64,000 nucleotides of DNA from an uncultured virus (IMG/VR IMGVR_UViG_3300009647_000160) (lineage: Duplodnaviria; Heunggongvirae; Uroviricota; Caudoviricetes), in the IMG/VR virus record IMGVR_UViG_3300009647_000160. The stretch is one strand, 5' to 3'. Below, one piece after another: positions 28,633 through 38,220 of this stretch. Under the pieces are notes generated by a model. The model did not search any database. It was not told where the DNA came from and saw nothing but the letters and a program-made list of their open reading frames with translations. Position 1 is the stretch's first letter, and the number at the start of each line of letters is the position of its first letter. Both the position numbers and the translations under genes were made by a program.

Positions 28633-28892
28633 CGCCTGTGGATGACGCTTATACCCGGCTGGCCCACGCCATCGTGGTGCTGGCAGCAAAGGATTACGAT
28701 GCGGAGCTCGACTGGTTTCGACAAAATCCGCCACGGGATGAGGAAGACAAGCAGCACGAAACCTATCTCAAACACCAAACCGAGCTCCAGAGCCTTGAGC
28801 GATTCTTCCGCTCCGGATGGTTTGAACTGCTCTCCGGTCTGGATGGTGAGGCGCTCATGAAGAAAATACAGGAAGGAGGAATCGCCAGATGA
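28629..28892 (+). CDS. Hypothetical phage protein
   Basis: LAHAIV..AAKDY...FFRSGWF pattern; coupled to neighbours. Confidence 0.65.
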   Translation: MTPVDDAYTRLAHAIVVLAAKDYDAELDWFRQNPPRDEEDKQHETYLKHQTELQSLERFFRSGWFELLSGLDGEALMKKIQEGGIAR

Positions 28893-29302
28893 CGGCAAAG
28901 CAATATCTCTCCCAAGCCTACCGGCTGAACGAACGCATCAATTCCGATTTGTCCGAGCTGGACAGACTGCGCGACCTGGCTACCAGCCTGAGCGGAGTTA
29001 ATTACGATGGCGTCCGGGTCTCCAAGACAAGGAGCGCGGAAGCGCCCTTCGAGAAGACCATCTGCAAAATCATTGACGCGGAGAAAAAGATAAATGCAGA
29101 GATAGACCGGTTGGTAGATTTGAAGGCAGAAATCAGTGAAGCCATCTCTCAGCTGGCCAATGTGGATGAGCAGCTCCTTCTCCGCTTCCGGTACATCAAC
29201 AATTACGGTTGGGAGAAGATTGCAGTGCTGATGAGCGTGTCCATGCGGACGGTTCATCGCATCCACGCCTCGGCTCTTAGAAATTTCCAGCCGCCAGCGT
29301 AA
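28889..29302 (+). CDS. ArpU/RinA-like (DUF1492) late transcription activator
   Basis: MTAKQYLSQAY...LRFRYI...WEKIA...RIHASAL; last gene before the packaging module. Confidence 0.75.
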   Translation: MTAKQYLSQAYRLNERINSDLSELDRLRDLATSLSGVNYDGVRVSKTRSAEAPFEKTICKIIDAEKKINAEIDRLVDLKAEISEAISQLANVDEQLLLRFRYINNYGWEKIAVLMSVSMRTVHRIHASALRNFQPPA

Positions 29303-29305
29303 AGT

Positions 29306-29355
29306 TGGCACACTTTGGCACGGAATGGCACGTTGATAAGTGATATTATGGTAGT
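29306..29355 (+). promoter_or_regulatory. Late promoter with three TGGCAC direct repeats at 10-bp period
   Basis: TGGCAC at 29306, 29316 and 29326, followed by TGATATTATGGT (-10-like). Confidence 0.6.
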
Positions 29356-29428
29356 GTGAAAAATAGGGCCAAGCCTTCGTGGGAGCAATCCTGCGGAGGC
29401 TTTTTCTATCCCCGGAGGTGATTGAGGA

Positions 29429-29797
29429 ATGCCCATGAAACCAAAACGGCCCTGCTCTTTTCCCGGCTGCCCCAACCTGACTGACCGGCGCTTCTGCCCG
29501 GAACACGAGAAGCTGGAAGCCCAGCGCTATGAACGGTACGACCGTGACCCTGCTACCAAGCGTCGGTACGGACGGGCATGGAAACGCATCCGGGACAGCT
29601 ATGCTGCGGAACACCCACTGTGTGAAGTCTGCCTTGCGAAAGGTGTGTACACGCCAACCGAGGAGATTCACCACAAGCTCCCTCTCTCGCAGGGAGGAAC
29701 CCACGACCGCAGCAATTTGATGGCCCTTTGCAAAGAGTGCCATGCGCGGATTCATGCCGAACGCGGCGACCGCTGGCATAATCGGGAGAACCGGTAG
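29429..29797 (+). CDS. Terminase-associated HNH endonuclease
   Basis: CEVC...EIHH...GGTH..SNLMALCKECH. Confidence 0.9.
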   Translation: MPMKPKRPCSFPGCPNLTDRRFCPEHEKLEAQRYERYDRDPATKRRYGRAWKRIRDSYAAEHPLCEVCLAKGVYTPTEEIHHKLPLSQGGTHDRSNLMALCKECHARIHAERGDRWHNRENR

Positions 29798-29908
29798 GGG
29801 CGGTCAAAATCTCTACGGCCTTTTCCCCGTGGAACGGGCGTGGGCCTTCGCGCACAAAAACGCGATTTCAAACGGGGAATATACCCCGGCAACTGGAGGT
29901 GAATCGAA

Positions 29909-30463
29909 ATGGCAAAGGACGGTACCAACCGTGGCGGTGCCCGTATCGGGGCCGGAGCCAAGAAAAAGCCCTTAGCAGACAAGATTGCGGAGGGCAATCC
30001 CGGCAAACGGGCGCTGACGGTCATCAGCTTCGATGACCGCGCTGCCGAGCTGGAGGGTCAGGCGATGCCGAAGCCGTCCAAAATGCTCTCCGCTGTTCAA
30101 AAGGACGGCAAGGCGCTGGTCGCCGAGGACATCTACAAGGAGACCTGGGAGTGGCTGGCCGAGCGAGGCTGCGCCTCTCTGGTATCTCCACAGCTTCTGG
30201 AGCGCTACGCCATGAGTGTGGCCCGCTGGATACAGTGCGAGGAGGCCGTGACAGAGTTCGGCTTTCTGGCCAAGCATCCCACCACCGGCAGCGCGATTCA
30301 GTCGCCCTATGTGGCGATGAGTCAGAACTTTATGAGCCAGACCAACCGGCTCTGGATGGAGATATACCAAATCGTAAAAGAAAACTGTGCGACCGAGTAC
30401 ACCGGTGTCACCCCGATGGATGATACGATGGAACGACTGCTCCGGGCGCGGAAAGGAAGCTGA
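29909..30463 (+). CDS. terS: Terminase small subunit (P27 family)
   Basis: RGGARIGAG...GNPGKR; position between HNH and terL. Confidence 0.8.
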   Translation: MAKDGTNRGGARIGAGAKKKPLADKIAEGNPGKRALTVISFDDRAAELEGQAMPKPSKMLSAVQKDGKALVAEDIYKETWEWLAERGCASLVSPQLLERYAMSVARWIQCEEAVTEFGFLAKHPTTGSAIQSPYVAMSQNFMSQTNRLWMEIYQIVKENCATEYTGVTPMDDTMERLLRARKGS

Positions 30464-30465
30464 CT

Positions 30466-31248
30466 ATGTATGAAAAAGTGAATCCGGCCCATCCGGATAA
30501 AATCGCAGACCGCATCGCCGGAGCCCTGGTCGACCTTGCCTATGCGCAGGAGCCCGACCCGCGCATCGCAGTCGAAGTCCTGCTCGGTCATCATGTTTGT
30601 CACATCATTGCGGAGACATCTACGCATCTGTCTGCTGAGGACGTCGAAGGCATCGTCCACCGTATCGCCGGTAACCTCGCGCTTGATTACACCGAGGTCG
30701 CTCAGGATGTACATCTCTCCGACAACCAGCGTGACGGTTTTCGCTGCGGCGACAACGGCATTTTCAAAGGAATGTGTATCACACCTGAGCAGCATGAGCT
30801 CTCCGGCATCGCCCACTCCATCTACGAAAGATACCCCACTGACGGGAAATACATTCTGGACGGCGACCGGCTCATCCTCTGCCAGAGCAACGCTCCCTCG
30901 GACGAGCTTCGGGAGCTGTATCCCGGTGCCGAGGTCAATCCGCTCGGCGATTGGACGGGCGGCACAGATGTGGATTCCGGCGCGACCAACCGGAAGCTGG
31001 GCTCCGATATGGCGGACGGTGTCACCGGCGGCGGTCTGCATGGGAAAGACCTCTCGAAAGCGGATGTGTCCGTGAACGTCTATGCTTTCCTCAAGGCACA
31101 GGAGATTGGCCAGCCCGTGAAACTCTGCTGCGCTATCGGGGATGACACCGTGGACGGCAGGTCATATGCGGAAATCGTCGAAATCTGCCGAAATTATATC
31201 CGCTCTGTCGGCGGCTTTGAGAAGTTCGCGGAATGGGGGCTCGTATGA
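30466..31248 (+). CDS. Compact S-adenosylmethionine synthetase-like protein
   Basis: HPDKIADRI, GDNGIF, GGTDVDSGATNRKL, GGGLHGKDLSKADVS (MetK-like motifs). Confidence 0.8.
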   Translation: MYEKVNPAHPDKIADRIAGALVDLAYAQEPDPRIAVEVLLGHHVCHIIAETSTHLSAEDVEGIVHRIAGNLALDYTEVAQDVHLSDNQRDGFRCGDNGIFKGMCITPEQHELSGIAHSIYERYPTDGKYILDGDRLILCQSNAPSDELRELYPGAEVNPLGDWTGGTDVDSGATNRKLGSDMADGVTGGGLHGKDLSKADVSVNVYAFLKAQEIGQPVKLCCAIGDDTVDGRSYAEIVEICRNYIRSVGGFEKFAEWGLV

Positions 31249-32501
31249 AAACAACGACTGATATGCAGCTGGTGCCCATCAGCAAGTTGGTACCCTATGT
31301 CAACAATGCCCGGACGCATTCGCCGGAACAGGTCATGAAGCTCCGCTCGTCGCTGCGGGAATTCGGCTTTATCAACCCTATCATCATCGACCGTGACTAT
31401 GGCATCATCGCCGGTCACGGTCGTCTGCTTGCCGCCAAGGAGGAAGACATCACCGAGGTGCCCTGTGTCTTTGTGGATTACCTGACCGAAGCACAGAAAA
31501 AAGCCTACATTCTCGCCGACAACCGCATGGCGATGGACGCAGGCTGGGATGAAGAACTCCTCCGGGTGGAAATCGAAGCGCTGCAGGGCGAGGCTTTTGA
31601 CGTCTCCCTTACCGGCTTTGACGAGAAGGAACTGGCTGACCTGTTCAAGGACGGGAGCGATTCTGACGCGGAAGATGACGATTACGACCTGAGTGCTGCG
31701 CTGGAGAAGGCAGCCTTTGTGAAGCGTGGCGATATCTGGACAGTCGGCAGACACCGGCTCATGTGCGGTGACGCCACCAGCGCCGAGGATGTGGCAGCGC
31801 TCATGGATGGCCGGAAAGCAAATCTCATTCTGACCGACCCACCCTATGGCGTTTCCTTCAAGAGCTCCAGCGGCCTGACCATTCAGAATGACTCCATGAA
31901 GGACGAGGAATTCTACCATTTCCTGCTCGACTCCTTCAAGAACATGGCCGACCACCTCGAAAAAGGTGGTGCCGCCTACGTTTTTCACGCAGATACCGAG
32001 GGTCTCAACTTCCGCAGGGCTTTCATCGATGCTGGTTTCCATCTCGCCGGATGCTGTATCTGGGTGAAGGATTCGCTGGTTTTGGGGCGCTCGGATTACC
32101 AGTGGCAGCATGAGCCGGTGCTCTATGGCTTCATGCAGAACGGAAAGCATCCGTGGTACTCCGACCGAAAGCAGACTACCATCTGGAATTTTGCCAAGCC
32201 CAAGCGGAACGCAAATCACCCGACCAGTAAGCCGCTCGACCTGCTGGGCTATCCTATCGGAAACTCCACGCAGGAGAACGCCATCGTCATCGATACCTTC
32301 GGCGGCAGCGGTTCTACGCTCATGGCTTGTGAGCAGATGAACCGCACCTGCTGCACGATGGAGCTCGACGAAAAGTACGCATCTGTCATCCTTCGCAGAT
32401 ATGTGGATGACACCGGGGATGCTGACGGTGTCTACGTCATCCGCGACGGCGAAAAACTGCCCTACGCGGCGCTGGTGAAGGACGTCGAGCCCGCCTCCTG
32501 A
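31245..32501 (+). CDS. ParB-N domain fused to N6/N4 DNA methyltransferase
   Basis: IIAGHGR, ILADNR, TDPPY, HPTSKP, DTFGGSGST. Confidence 0.88.
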   Translation: MKTTTDMQLVPISKLVPYVNNARTHSPEQVMKLRSSLREFGFINPIIIDRDYGIIAGHGRLLAAKEEDITEVPCVFVDYLTEAQKKAYILADNRMAMDAGWDEELLRVEIEALQGEAFDVSLTGFDEKELADLFKDGSDSDAEDDDYDLSAALEKAAFVKRGDIWTVGRHRLMCGDATSAEDVAALMDGRKANLILTDPPYGVSFKSSSGLTIQNDSMKDEEFYHFLLDSFKNMADHLEKGGAAYVFHADTEGLNFRRAFIDAGFHLAGCCIWVKDSLVLGRSDYQWQHEPVLYGFMQNGKHPWYSDRKQTTIWNFAKPKRNANHPTSKPLDLLGYPIGNSTQENAIVIDTFGGSGSTLMACEQMNRTCCTMELDEKYASVILRRYVDDTGDADGVYVIRDGEKLPYAALVKDVEPAS

Positions 32502-32559
32502 TTGTCACTATTACACACGTTCCAAGGCACATCTTTGTCGGATTTATGCTCCAGAATTG

Positions 32560-32586
32560 ACTTGCTATTCTGTGCCTGTAGAGCGA
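32560..32586 (+). promoter_or_regulatory. Bipartite motif B, copy 1 (ACTTGCTATT-N10-AGAGCGA)
   Basis: Same boxes and spacing at 33815-33841 and 53665-53691. Confidence 0.6.
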
Positions 32587-32635
32587 ATATGTGACTACCC
32601 TGAACGGGGAAAACATATACAGGAGGATTTCAACC

Positions 32636-33337
32636 ATGGAAATCAGGTACAACGTAACCGGCGACCGGCGCAAGGAGCTGGTCAAAGTCATCTCCGGCAT
32701 CACTGGAGCCAAGGCAGTCTACAAGTTTATGCCGACCTGCAACTACGAAATCGACTACTTCAGCGTCACCAAGGACGGCACCCTGCTTTTCGACGACCGC
32801 GCCGACAGCGAGGAGGTCGAGCGGGTGCTGGAGGGCATCGCGGCTGCGGGCTTCGCTTGCGAGGCACCGGAGAAAACGACCGAGGAGCCGGAGGAAGCGG
32901 TTCAGGAGGAAGACGTGGGCCTTACGATTGCGGTTCCGCTCGATAAGGTTCAGGTCGGGAACATGACCAAGCTACTGGACGCCAAGGGCAGCCTCATCAA
33001 AAAGGCGCTGGGCATCGACGACCTGCGCTTCGAGCTTCAGGAAGACCGCGTCACCTTCCCGTGGTTCGCCGAGCCGCAGCCGGAGGAAGCCACCGCCTAC
33101 ACCCACTTCATTACCGCGCTCTGCCGGATGTCCAAGGACGCCAAGCGCATCACTGCCAAGGAAAAGCCGGTTGACAATGAGAAGTACGCCTTCCGCTGCT
33201 TCCTGCTCCGGCTGGGCTTCATCGGGGATGCGTACAAGACCGACCGGAAAATCCTGCTCCGGAACCTCTCCGGCTCCAGCGCCTTCAAATCCGGTGCCAA
33301 ACGAATGGAGGTGACAGACGATGCGGTTTCCGAATAA
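32636..33337 (+). CDS. Conserved phage 'virulence-related' protein
   Basis: C-terminal NEKYAFRCFLLRLGFIG...RKILLRNLSGSSAF. Confidence 0.7.
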   Translation: MEIRYNVTGDRRKELVKVISGITGAKAVYKFMPTCNYEIDYFSVTKDGTLLFDDRADSEEVERVLEGIAAAGFACEAPEKTTEEPEEAVQEEDVGLTIAVPLDKVQVGNMTKLLDAKGSLIKKALGIDDLRFELQEDRVTFPWFAEPQPEEATAYTHFITALCRMSKDAKRITAKEKPVDNEKYAFRCFLLRLGFIGDAYKTDRKILLRNLSGSSAFKSGAKRMEVTDDAVSE

Positions 33338-33554
33338 GGCTGTCATTGAGCACCTCCGCCAGACCTACCCGGTCGGCACTCGTGTGGAGCTGACCCAGAT
33401 GGACGATGCGCAGGCTCCTCCGGTGGGAACCAGAGGCACCGTCATCGGAGTCGATGATACCGGCAGCATCATGGTCGATTGGGACAACGGCTCCGGCCTG
33501 AATGTTATCTACGGCATCGACCGCTGCAGGAAGGTGGTGGATTCCGATGACTGA
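33321..33554 (+). CDS. DUF4314 protein
   Basis: YPVGTRVEL..MDD...GTV..VDD.G...V.WDNGS.L. Confidence 0.8.
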   Translation: MRFPNKAVIEHLRQTYPVGTRVELTQMDDAQAPPVGTRGTVIGVDDTGSIMVDWDNGSGLNVIYGIDRCRKVVDSDD

Positions 33555-33723
33555 GACCATCCGGGAACAGATTCTCGCCAGCCGGGACACCGGCCTGACC
33601 AACATGTTCGATATCCCAATGGTGCAGCGCCTCGCCTTTGACCGGGACTTCCACGAGCTGGTCTGCTACCTGGAGGAGCACCGCAAAGAGTACGTTCACT
33701 TCATCATGTACGCCGAAGAGTAA
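33547..33723 (+). CDS. DUF5049-like small protein
   Basis: IREQIL..RDTGLTNMFD. Confidence 0.7.
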   Translation: MTETIREQILASRDTGLTNMFDIPMVQRLAFDRDFHELVCYLEEHRKEYVHFIMYAEE

Positions 33724-33814
33724 GCCCTGCCGCCAAGAGAGCCGGATGGCTCTTTTGGTCGTATAGTACACAATATTCCTCCGCGATATTTGTTCAGTAT
33801 ATTCCCGATAATTG

Positions 33815-33841
33815 ACTTGCTATTATGTGCTTTTAGAGCGA
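33815..33841 (+). promoter_or_regulatory. Bipartite motif B, copy 2
   Basis: ACTTGCTATT-atgtgctttt-AGAGCGA, intergenic. Confidence 0.6.
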
Positions 33842-33890
33842 ATATACAGTCACCGAAAGGGAAAACACCACAAATACGGAGGACACGAAC

Positions 33891-34220
33891 ATGAAAAACC
33901 TTTACCAGATGAGAAACGCCTTCAGCCTGCGGGAGTACAACACCGCGATTACCAGAGCCGATTTTGAGGCCCACTTCACCAAGACCTGCGAGAGCGTCCG
34001 GTTCACCTTCAACGGCTGGGACGGCAAGAGCTACGACGGCGAGAGCCGCAGCGCGAAGGTCTACCGCACCGACCTCGAAGGCTACGAAGATGCCCGGTTC
34101 GTTAAGGTCGGCAAGCACCTGCACTACATCGACGAGGACAGCAGCGTTCTGGAGAAGGCCACCGGCGAATATCACAAGGAAGCCGAATGGCTGGTGGACG
34201 TCCTCAAGGCTGAGAACTGA
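33891..34220 (+). CDS. Hypothetical protein (moron-like)
   Basis: ORF with GGAGG SD downstream of motif B. Confidence 0.65.
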   Translation: MKNLYQMRNAFSLREYNTAITRADFEAHFTKTCESVRFTFNGWDGKSYDGESRSAKVYRTDLEGYEDARFVKVGKHLHYIDEDSSVLEKATGEYHKEAEWLVDVLKAEN

Positions 34221-34233
34221 GGAGGGCTGAACC

Positions 34234-34488
34234 ATGTGGAGCGAAGGAACCATCAGAATCCCGGACGCGAAGGACAAGGGCAAAAACACAGTTTGCCATT
34301 ACTGGGTCAAGCACTACGAGGAGCCCAGCGAGACCTACGGCATCAACGGCGGCAGAATCAGCAAGCTCATGATTAAGGTGGACGGTGTCATCACCGCCAA
34401 CTACGACAGGGGCTGGGATGTGGAGCCCGCCGAGGACGATATGCCGACCCGGATGGCCTACTGCATCCTGCTGGAAAACTACAACTGA
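34234..34488 (+). CDS. Conserved small phage protein
   Basis: YWVKHYEEPS.YGINGGRISKL...YDRGWD. Confidence 0.7.
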   Translation: MWSEGTIRIPDAKDKGKNTVCHYWVKHYEEPSETYGINGGRISKLMIKVDGVITANYDRGWDVEPAEDDMPTRMAYCILLENYN

Positions 34489-34596
34489 GTCGGGAATTCC
34501 CGAAGAGCGGAGCCGCAAGGCTCTGTCTCTCGTATAGAACGATAGGACGGCTTGCCTGATGGCAGGTCATTTTTTATGCCAGTTAGAGGTGATGAC

Positions 34597-36198
34597 TTGC
34601 GAAAGCTGAAGAAATATAAGCCCACGGCATTCAAGGCCAAGGACTCCGTTTACGATAAGGACGCTGCGGATTATGCTGTAAATTTCATCGAGTGCCTGTG
34701 CCACACCAAGGGCACCTGGGCAGGCAGACCCTTTGAACTCATCGACTGGCAGGAGCAGATTATCCGCGACCTGTTCGGCATCCTGAAGCCCAACGGCTAC
34801 CGGCAATTCAATACGGCCTATGTGGAGATACCCAAGAAGATGGGTAAATCGGAACTGGCCGCTGCCATTGCGCTGTTGCTCACCTGCGGCGACGGTGAGG
34901 AGCGGGCTGAGGTCTATGGCTGCGCAGCCGACCGCCAGCAGGCGACCATTGTTTTTGATGTGGCCGCCGACATGGTGCGTATGTGTCCTGCGCTCAATAA
35001 GCGTGTGAAGATTCTGGCCTCCCAGAAGAGAATCATCTTTCAGCCCACCAACAGCTTCTATCAGGTGCTGTCAGCGGAGGCGTATTCCAAGCACGGCTTT
35101 AACATCCACGGCGTGGTATTTGACGAGCTGCATACCCAGCCCAACCGGAAACTCTTTGACGTCATGACCAAGGGCTCCGGCGACGCTCGGATGCAGCCGC
35201 TCTATTTTCTGATTACCACAGCCGGGACGGATACCAACAGCATCTGCTATGAGACGCACCAGAAGGCCAAGGATATTCTGGAGGGCCGCAAAATCGACCC
35301 GACCTTCTATCCTGTCATTTATGGTGCAGATGAATCTGATGACTGGACAGACCCGAAGGTCTGGAAGAAAGCCAATCCGTCTCTCGGCATCACGGTCGGC
35401 ATCGATAAAGTCCGGGCCGCCTGCGAGAGCGCCAAACAGAATCCCGGCGAGGAGAATTCCTTCCGGCAGCTGCGGCTCAACCAGTGGGTCAAACAGGCCG
35501 TCCGCTGGATGCCGATGGAGAAATGGGACGCCTGCGCATTCCCGGTCAACGAAGATGACCTTGAAGGGCGCGTTTGCTACGGCGGCCTCGACCTATCCTC
35601 CACGACGGATATCACGGCATTTGTACTGGTGTTCCCGCCGACGGATGAGGAGGATAAATACATCGTGCTCCCATACTTCTGGATACCGGAAGAGACCCTT
35701 GACCTGCGCGTCCGGCGCGACCACGTTCCTTATGACGTCTGGGAACGGCAGGGATATCTCCAGACTACGGAGGGCAACGTTGTCCACTACGGTTATATCG
35801 AAAAATTCATCGAGCGGCTGGGAGAACGGTTCAATATCCGGGAGATTGCCTTTGACCGCTGGGGAGCCGTGCAGATGGTGCAGAACCTCGAAGGCATGGG
35901 CTTTACAGTCGTGCCCTTCGGTCAGGGCTTCAAGGATATGAGCCCGCCCACCAAGGAACTCATGAAGTTGACCTTGGAGCAGAAGATTGCCCACGGCGGG
36001 CATCCGGTGCTGCGCTGGATGATGGATAACATCTATATCCGTACCGACCCGGCAGGCAACATCAAAGCAGACAAAGAGAAATCCACAGAAAAGATAGACG
36101 GCGCAGTCGCCACCATCATGGGCCTCGACCGCGCTATCCGCTGTGGGAACGACAGTGGTGCTTCTGTTTATGACAGCAGAGGCATCCTCTTCATTTAG
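34597..36198 (+). CDS. terL: Terminase large subunit
   Basis: PKKMGKSE, FDELH, GGLDLSS, KIDGAVA; probable TTG start after GAGGTG. Confidence 0.93.
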   Translation: MRKLKKYKPTAFKAKDSVYDKDAADYAVNFIECLCHTKGTWAGRPFELIDWQEQIIRDLFGILKPNGYRQFNTAYVEIPKKMGKSELAAAIALLLTCGDGEERAEVYGCAADRQQATIVFDVAADMVRMCPALNKRVKILASQKRIIFQPTNSFYQVLSAEAYSKHGFNIHGVVFDELHTQPNRKLFDVMTKGSGDARMQPLYFLITTAGTDTNSICYETHQKAKDILEGRKIDPTFYPVIYGADESDDWTDPKVWKKANPSLGITVGIDKVRAACESAKQNPGEENSFRQLRLNQWVKQAVRWMPMEKWDACAFPVNEDDLEGRVCYGGLDLSSTTDITAFVLVFPPTDEEDKYIVLPYFWIPEETLDLRVRRDHVPYDVWERQGYLQTTEGNVVHYGYIEKFIERLGERFNIREIAFDRWGAVQMVQNLEGMGFTVVPFGQGFKDMSPPTKELMKLTLEQKIAHGGHPVLRWMMDNIYIRTDPAGNIKADKEKSTEKIDGAVATIMGLDRAIRCGNDSGASVYDSRGILFI

Positions 36199-36209
36199 GA
36201 GGTGACCCA

Positions 36210-37580
36210 ATGGGTATTTTCAGTGGACTTTTCAAATCTAGAGACCACCCCACCAACAGTACATCCGGCAGCGGCTACCGATTCTTCTTCGGAAACAGCA
36301 CCTCCGGGAAGCAGGTCAACGAACGCTCGGCCATGCAGATGACGGCGGTCTATGCCTGTGTGCGCATCCTGTCCGAATCTATCGCGGGCCTTCCTGTCCA
36401 CCTGTATCGATATATGGATACCGGGAGCAAGGAGAAGGCGCTCACGCATCCGCTCTACCGGCTGCTCCACGATGAACCCAATCCGGAGATGACTTCCTTC
36501 GTGTTCCGGGAGACCCTCATGACGCATCTGCTCCTGTGGGGCAATGCCTATGCGCAAATCATCCGGAACGGCAAAGGTGAGGTCATCGCGCTGTATCCGC
36601 TCATGCCGAACCGCACGACAGTAGACCGGGATGAACACGGTCAGCTCTACTACAGCTACCAGATGAGTAACGAGGACGCGCCGACGATGAAGACCGGCAC
36701 GGTCGTTCTGAAGCCAAGAGACGTCCTCCATGTTCCGGGCCTCGGCTTTGACGGGCTGGTGGGCTATTCGCCGATTGCGATGGCGAAAAACTCTATCGGT
36801 ATGGCGATTGCCTGTGAGGAGTACGGCGCTAAGTTCTTCGCCAACGGTGCGACTCCGGGCGGCCTGCTGGAATTCCCCGGCACAGTCAAGAATCCGGACG
36901 CCATCCGAGAGAGCTGGAATAAGGGCTTCTCCGGCAGCAATTCTCATAAGATTGCCATTCTGGAGGAAGGCATGAAGTACACGCCTATCTCCATCTCCCC
37001 GGAGCAGGCGCAGTTCCTTGAGACCAGAAAATTTCAGATTGATGAGATAGCTCGAATTTTCCGAGTGCCGCCCCACATGGTCGGTGATTTGGAAAAGTCG
37101 AGCTTTTCCAATATCGAGCAACAGTCTCTGGAATTTGTGAAGTACACGCTGGAGCCGTGGATAGTCCGCTGGGAGCAGTCCCTGAATCGGTCGCTCCTGT
37201 CCGAGACGGAGAAGGCGACGTTCTTTGTCAAATTCAATGTGGACGGCTTGCTGCGCGGCGACTACCAAAGCCGGATGAGCGGCTATGCCACAGCCAGACA
37301 GAACGGCTGGATGTCCGCCAATGACATCCGGGAGCTCGAAAATCTCGACCGCATCCCGCCTGAGCTGGGCGGTGACCTGTATCTCATCAACGGCAACATG
37401 ACCAAGCTGGCGGATGCCGGTATTTTCGCGGCGACTTCTGCTGCGGGAAAGGAGGAAGATTCCGATGAAGAAGTTTTGGAAGTGGAAGAATCAGACGGTA
37501 ACGAATCAGGAGACGAAGGAGACGGCGCAGGAACGGACACTGTTCCTGAACGGAACCATCGCCGAGGAAAGCTGGTTTGA
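36210..37580 (+). CDS. HK97-family portal protein
   Basis: VYACVRILSESIA, GYSPI, IARIFRVPPHMVG. Confidence 0.93.
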   Translation: MGIFSGLFKSRDHPTNSTSGSGYRFFFGNSTSGKQVNERSAMQMTAVYACVRILSESIAGLPVHLYRYMDTGSKEKALTHPLYRLLHDEPNPEMTSFVFRETLMTHLLLWGNAYAQIIRNGKGEVIALYPLMPNRTTVDRDEHGQLYYSYQMSNEDAPTMKTGTVVLKPRDVLHVPGLGFDGLVGYSPIAMAKNSIGMAIACEEYGAKFFANGATPGGLLEFPGTVKNPDAIRESWNKGFSGSNSHKIAILEEGMKYTPISISPEQAQFLETRKFQIDEIARIFRVPPHMVGDLEKSSFSNIEQQSLEFVKYTLEPWIVRWEQSLNRSLLSETEKATFFVKFNVDGLLRGDYQSRMSGYATARQNGWMSANDIRELENLDRIPPELGGDLYLINGNMTKLADAGIFAATSAAGKEEDSDEEVLEVEESDGNESGDEGDGAGTDTVPERNHRRGKLV

Positions 37581-38214
37581 CGATGACCTCACCCCGCAGA
37601 TGTTCAAGGATGAGCTGAATGCGGGCACCGGCGACATCACGGTCTGGATTAATTCTCCGGGCGGCGACTGTGTCGCAGCAGCCCAAATCTACAACATGCT
37701 GATGGATTACAAGGGCAATGTCACCGTGAAGATTGATGGCATCGCGGCTTCGGCGGCCTCTGTCATCGCTATGGCCGGTACAAAGGTGCTGGTCTCGCCG
37801 GTGTCCATGCTCATGATTCATAATCCGGCGACGGTGGCTTTCGGCGATTCAGCAGAAATGCAAAAGGCCATCGCCATGCTGAACGAAGTCAAGGAATCCA
37901 TCATCAATGCCTACGAAATCAAGACCGGCCTCTCCCGCGCAAAGCTCTCCCATCTGATGGATGCGGAGACCTGGATGGACGCGAACAAGGCGGTGGAGCT
38001 GGGCTTCGCCGATGGCATCCTGAAGCGCGAGTCCGGGGACGGCGGCGGTGAAGAACCGGCGCAGGTATCCATGCTGTATTCCGAGGCCAAGGTAGTCAAT
38101 TCCCTGATGGACAAGCTGGCTGCCAAGTGCCGGATTCAGCAGAAACAGGAAGAACCCAAGGTCAATGCCGACTCCCTGCTGGAGCGGCTCAATCTCATGA
38201 AAAATTGGAGGTAA
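37465..38214 (+). CDS. ClpP-type prohead protease
   Basis: INSPGG, AASAAS, MIHNP, ETW..A..AVELGFAD. Confidence 0.9.
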   Translation: MKKFWKWKNQTVTNQETKETAQERTLFLNGTIAEESWFDDDLTPQMFKDELNAGTGDITVWINSPGGDCVAAAQIYNMLMDYKGNVTVKIDGIAASAASVIAMAGTKVLVSPVSMLMIHNPATVAFGDSAEMQKAIAMLNEVKESIINAYEIKTGLSRAKLSHLMDAETWMDANKAVELGFADGILKRESGDGGGEEPAQVSMLYSEAKVVNSLMDKLAAKCRIQQKQEEPKVNADSLLERLNLMKNWR

Positions 38215-38220
38215 TATACC

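Noticed and set aside
37465..37580. 116-nt overlap of the portal and protease genes
   Set aside because: Low-complexity portal tail running over the next start; no sign of recoding
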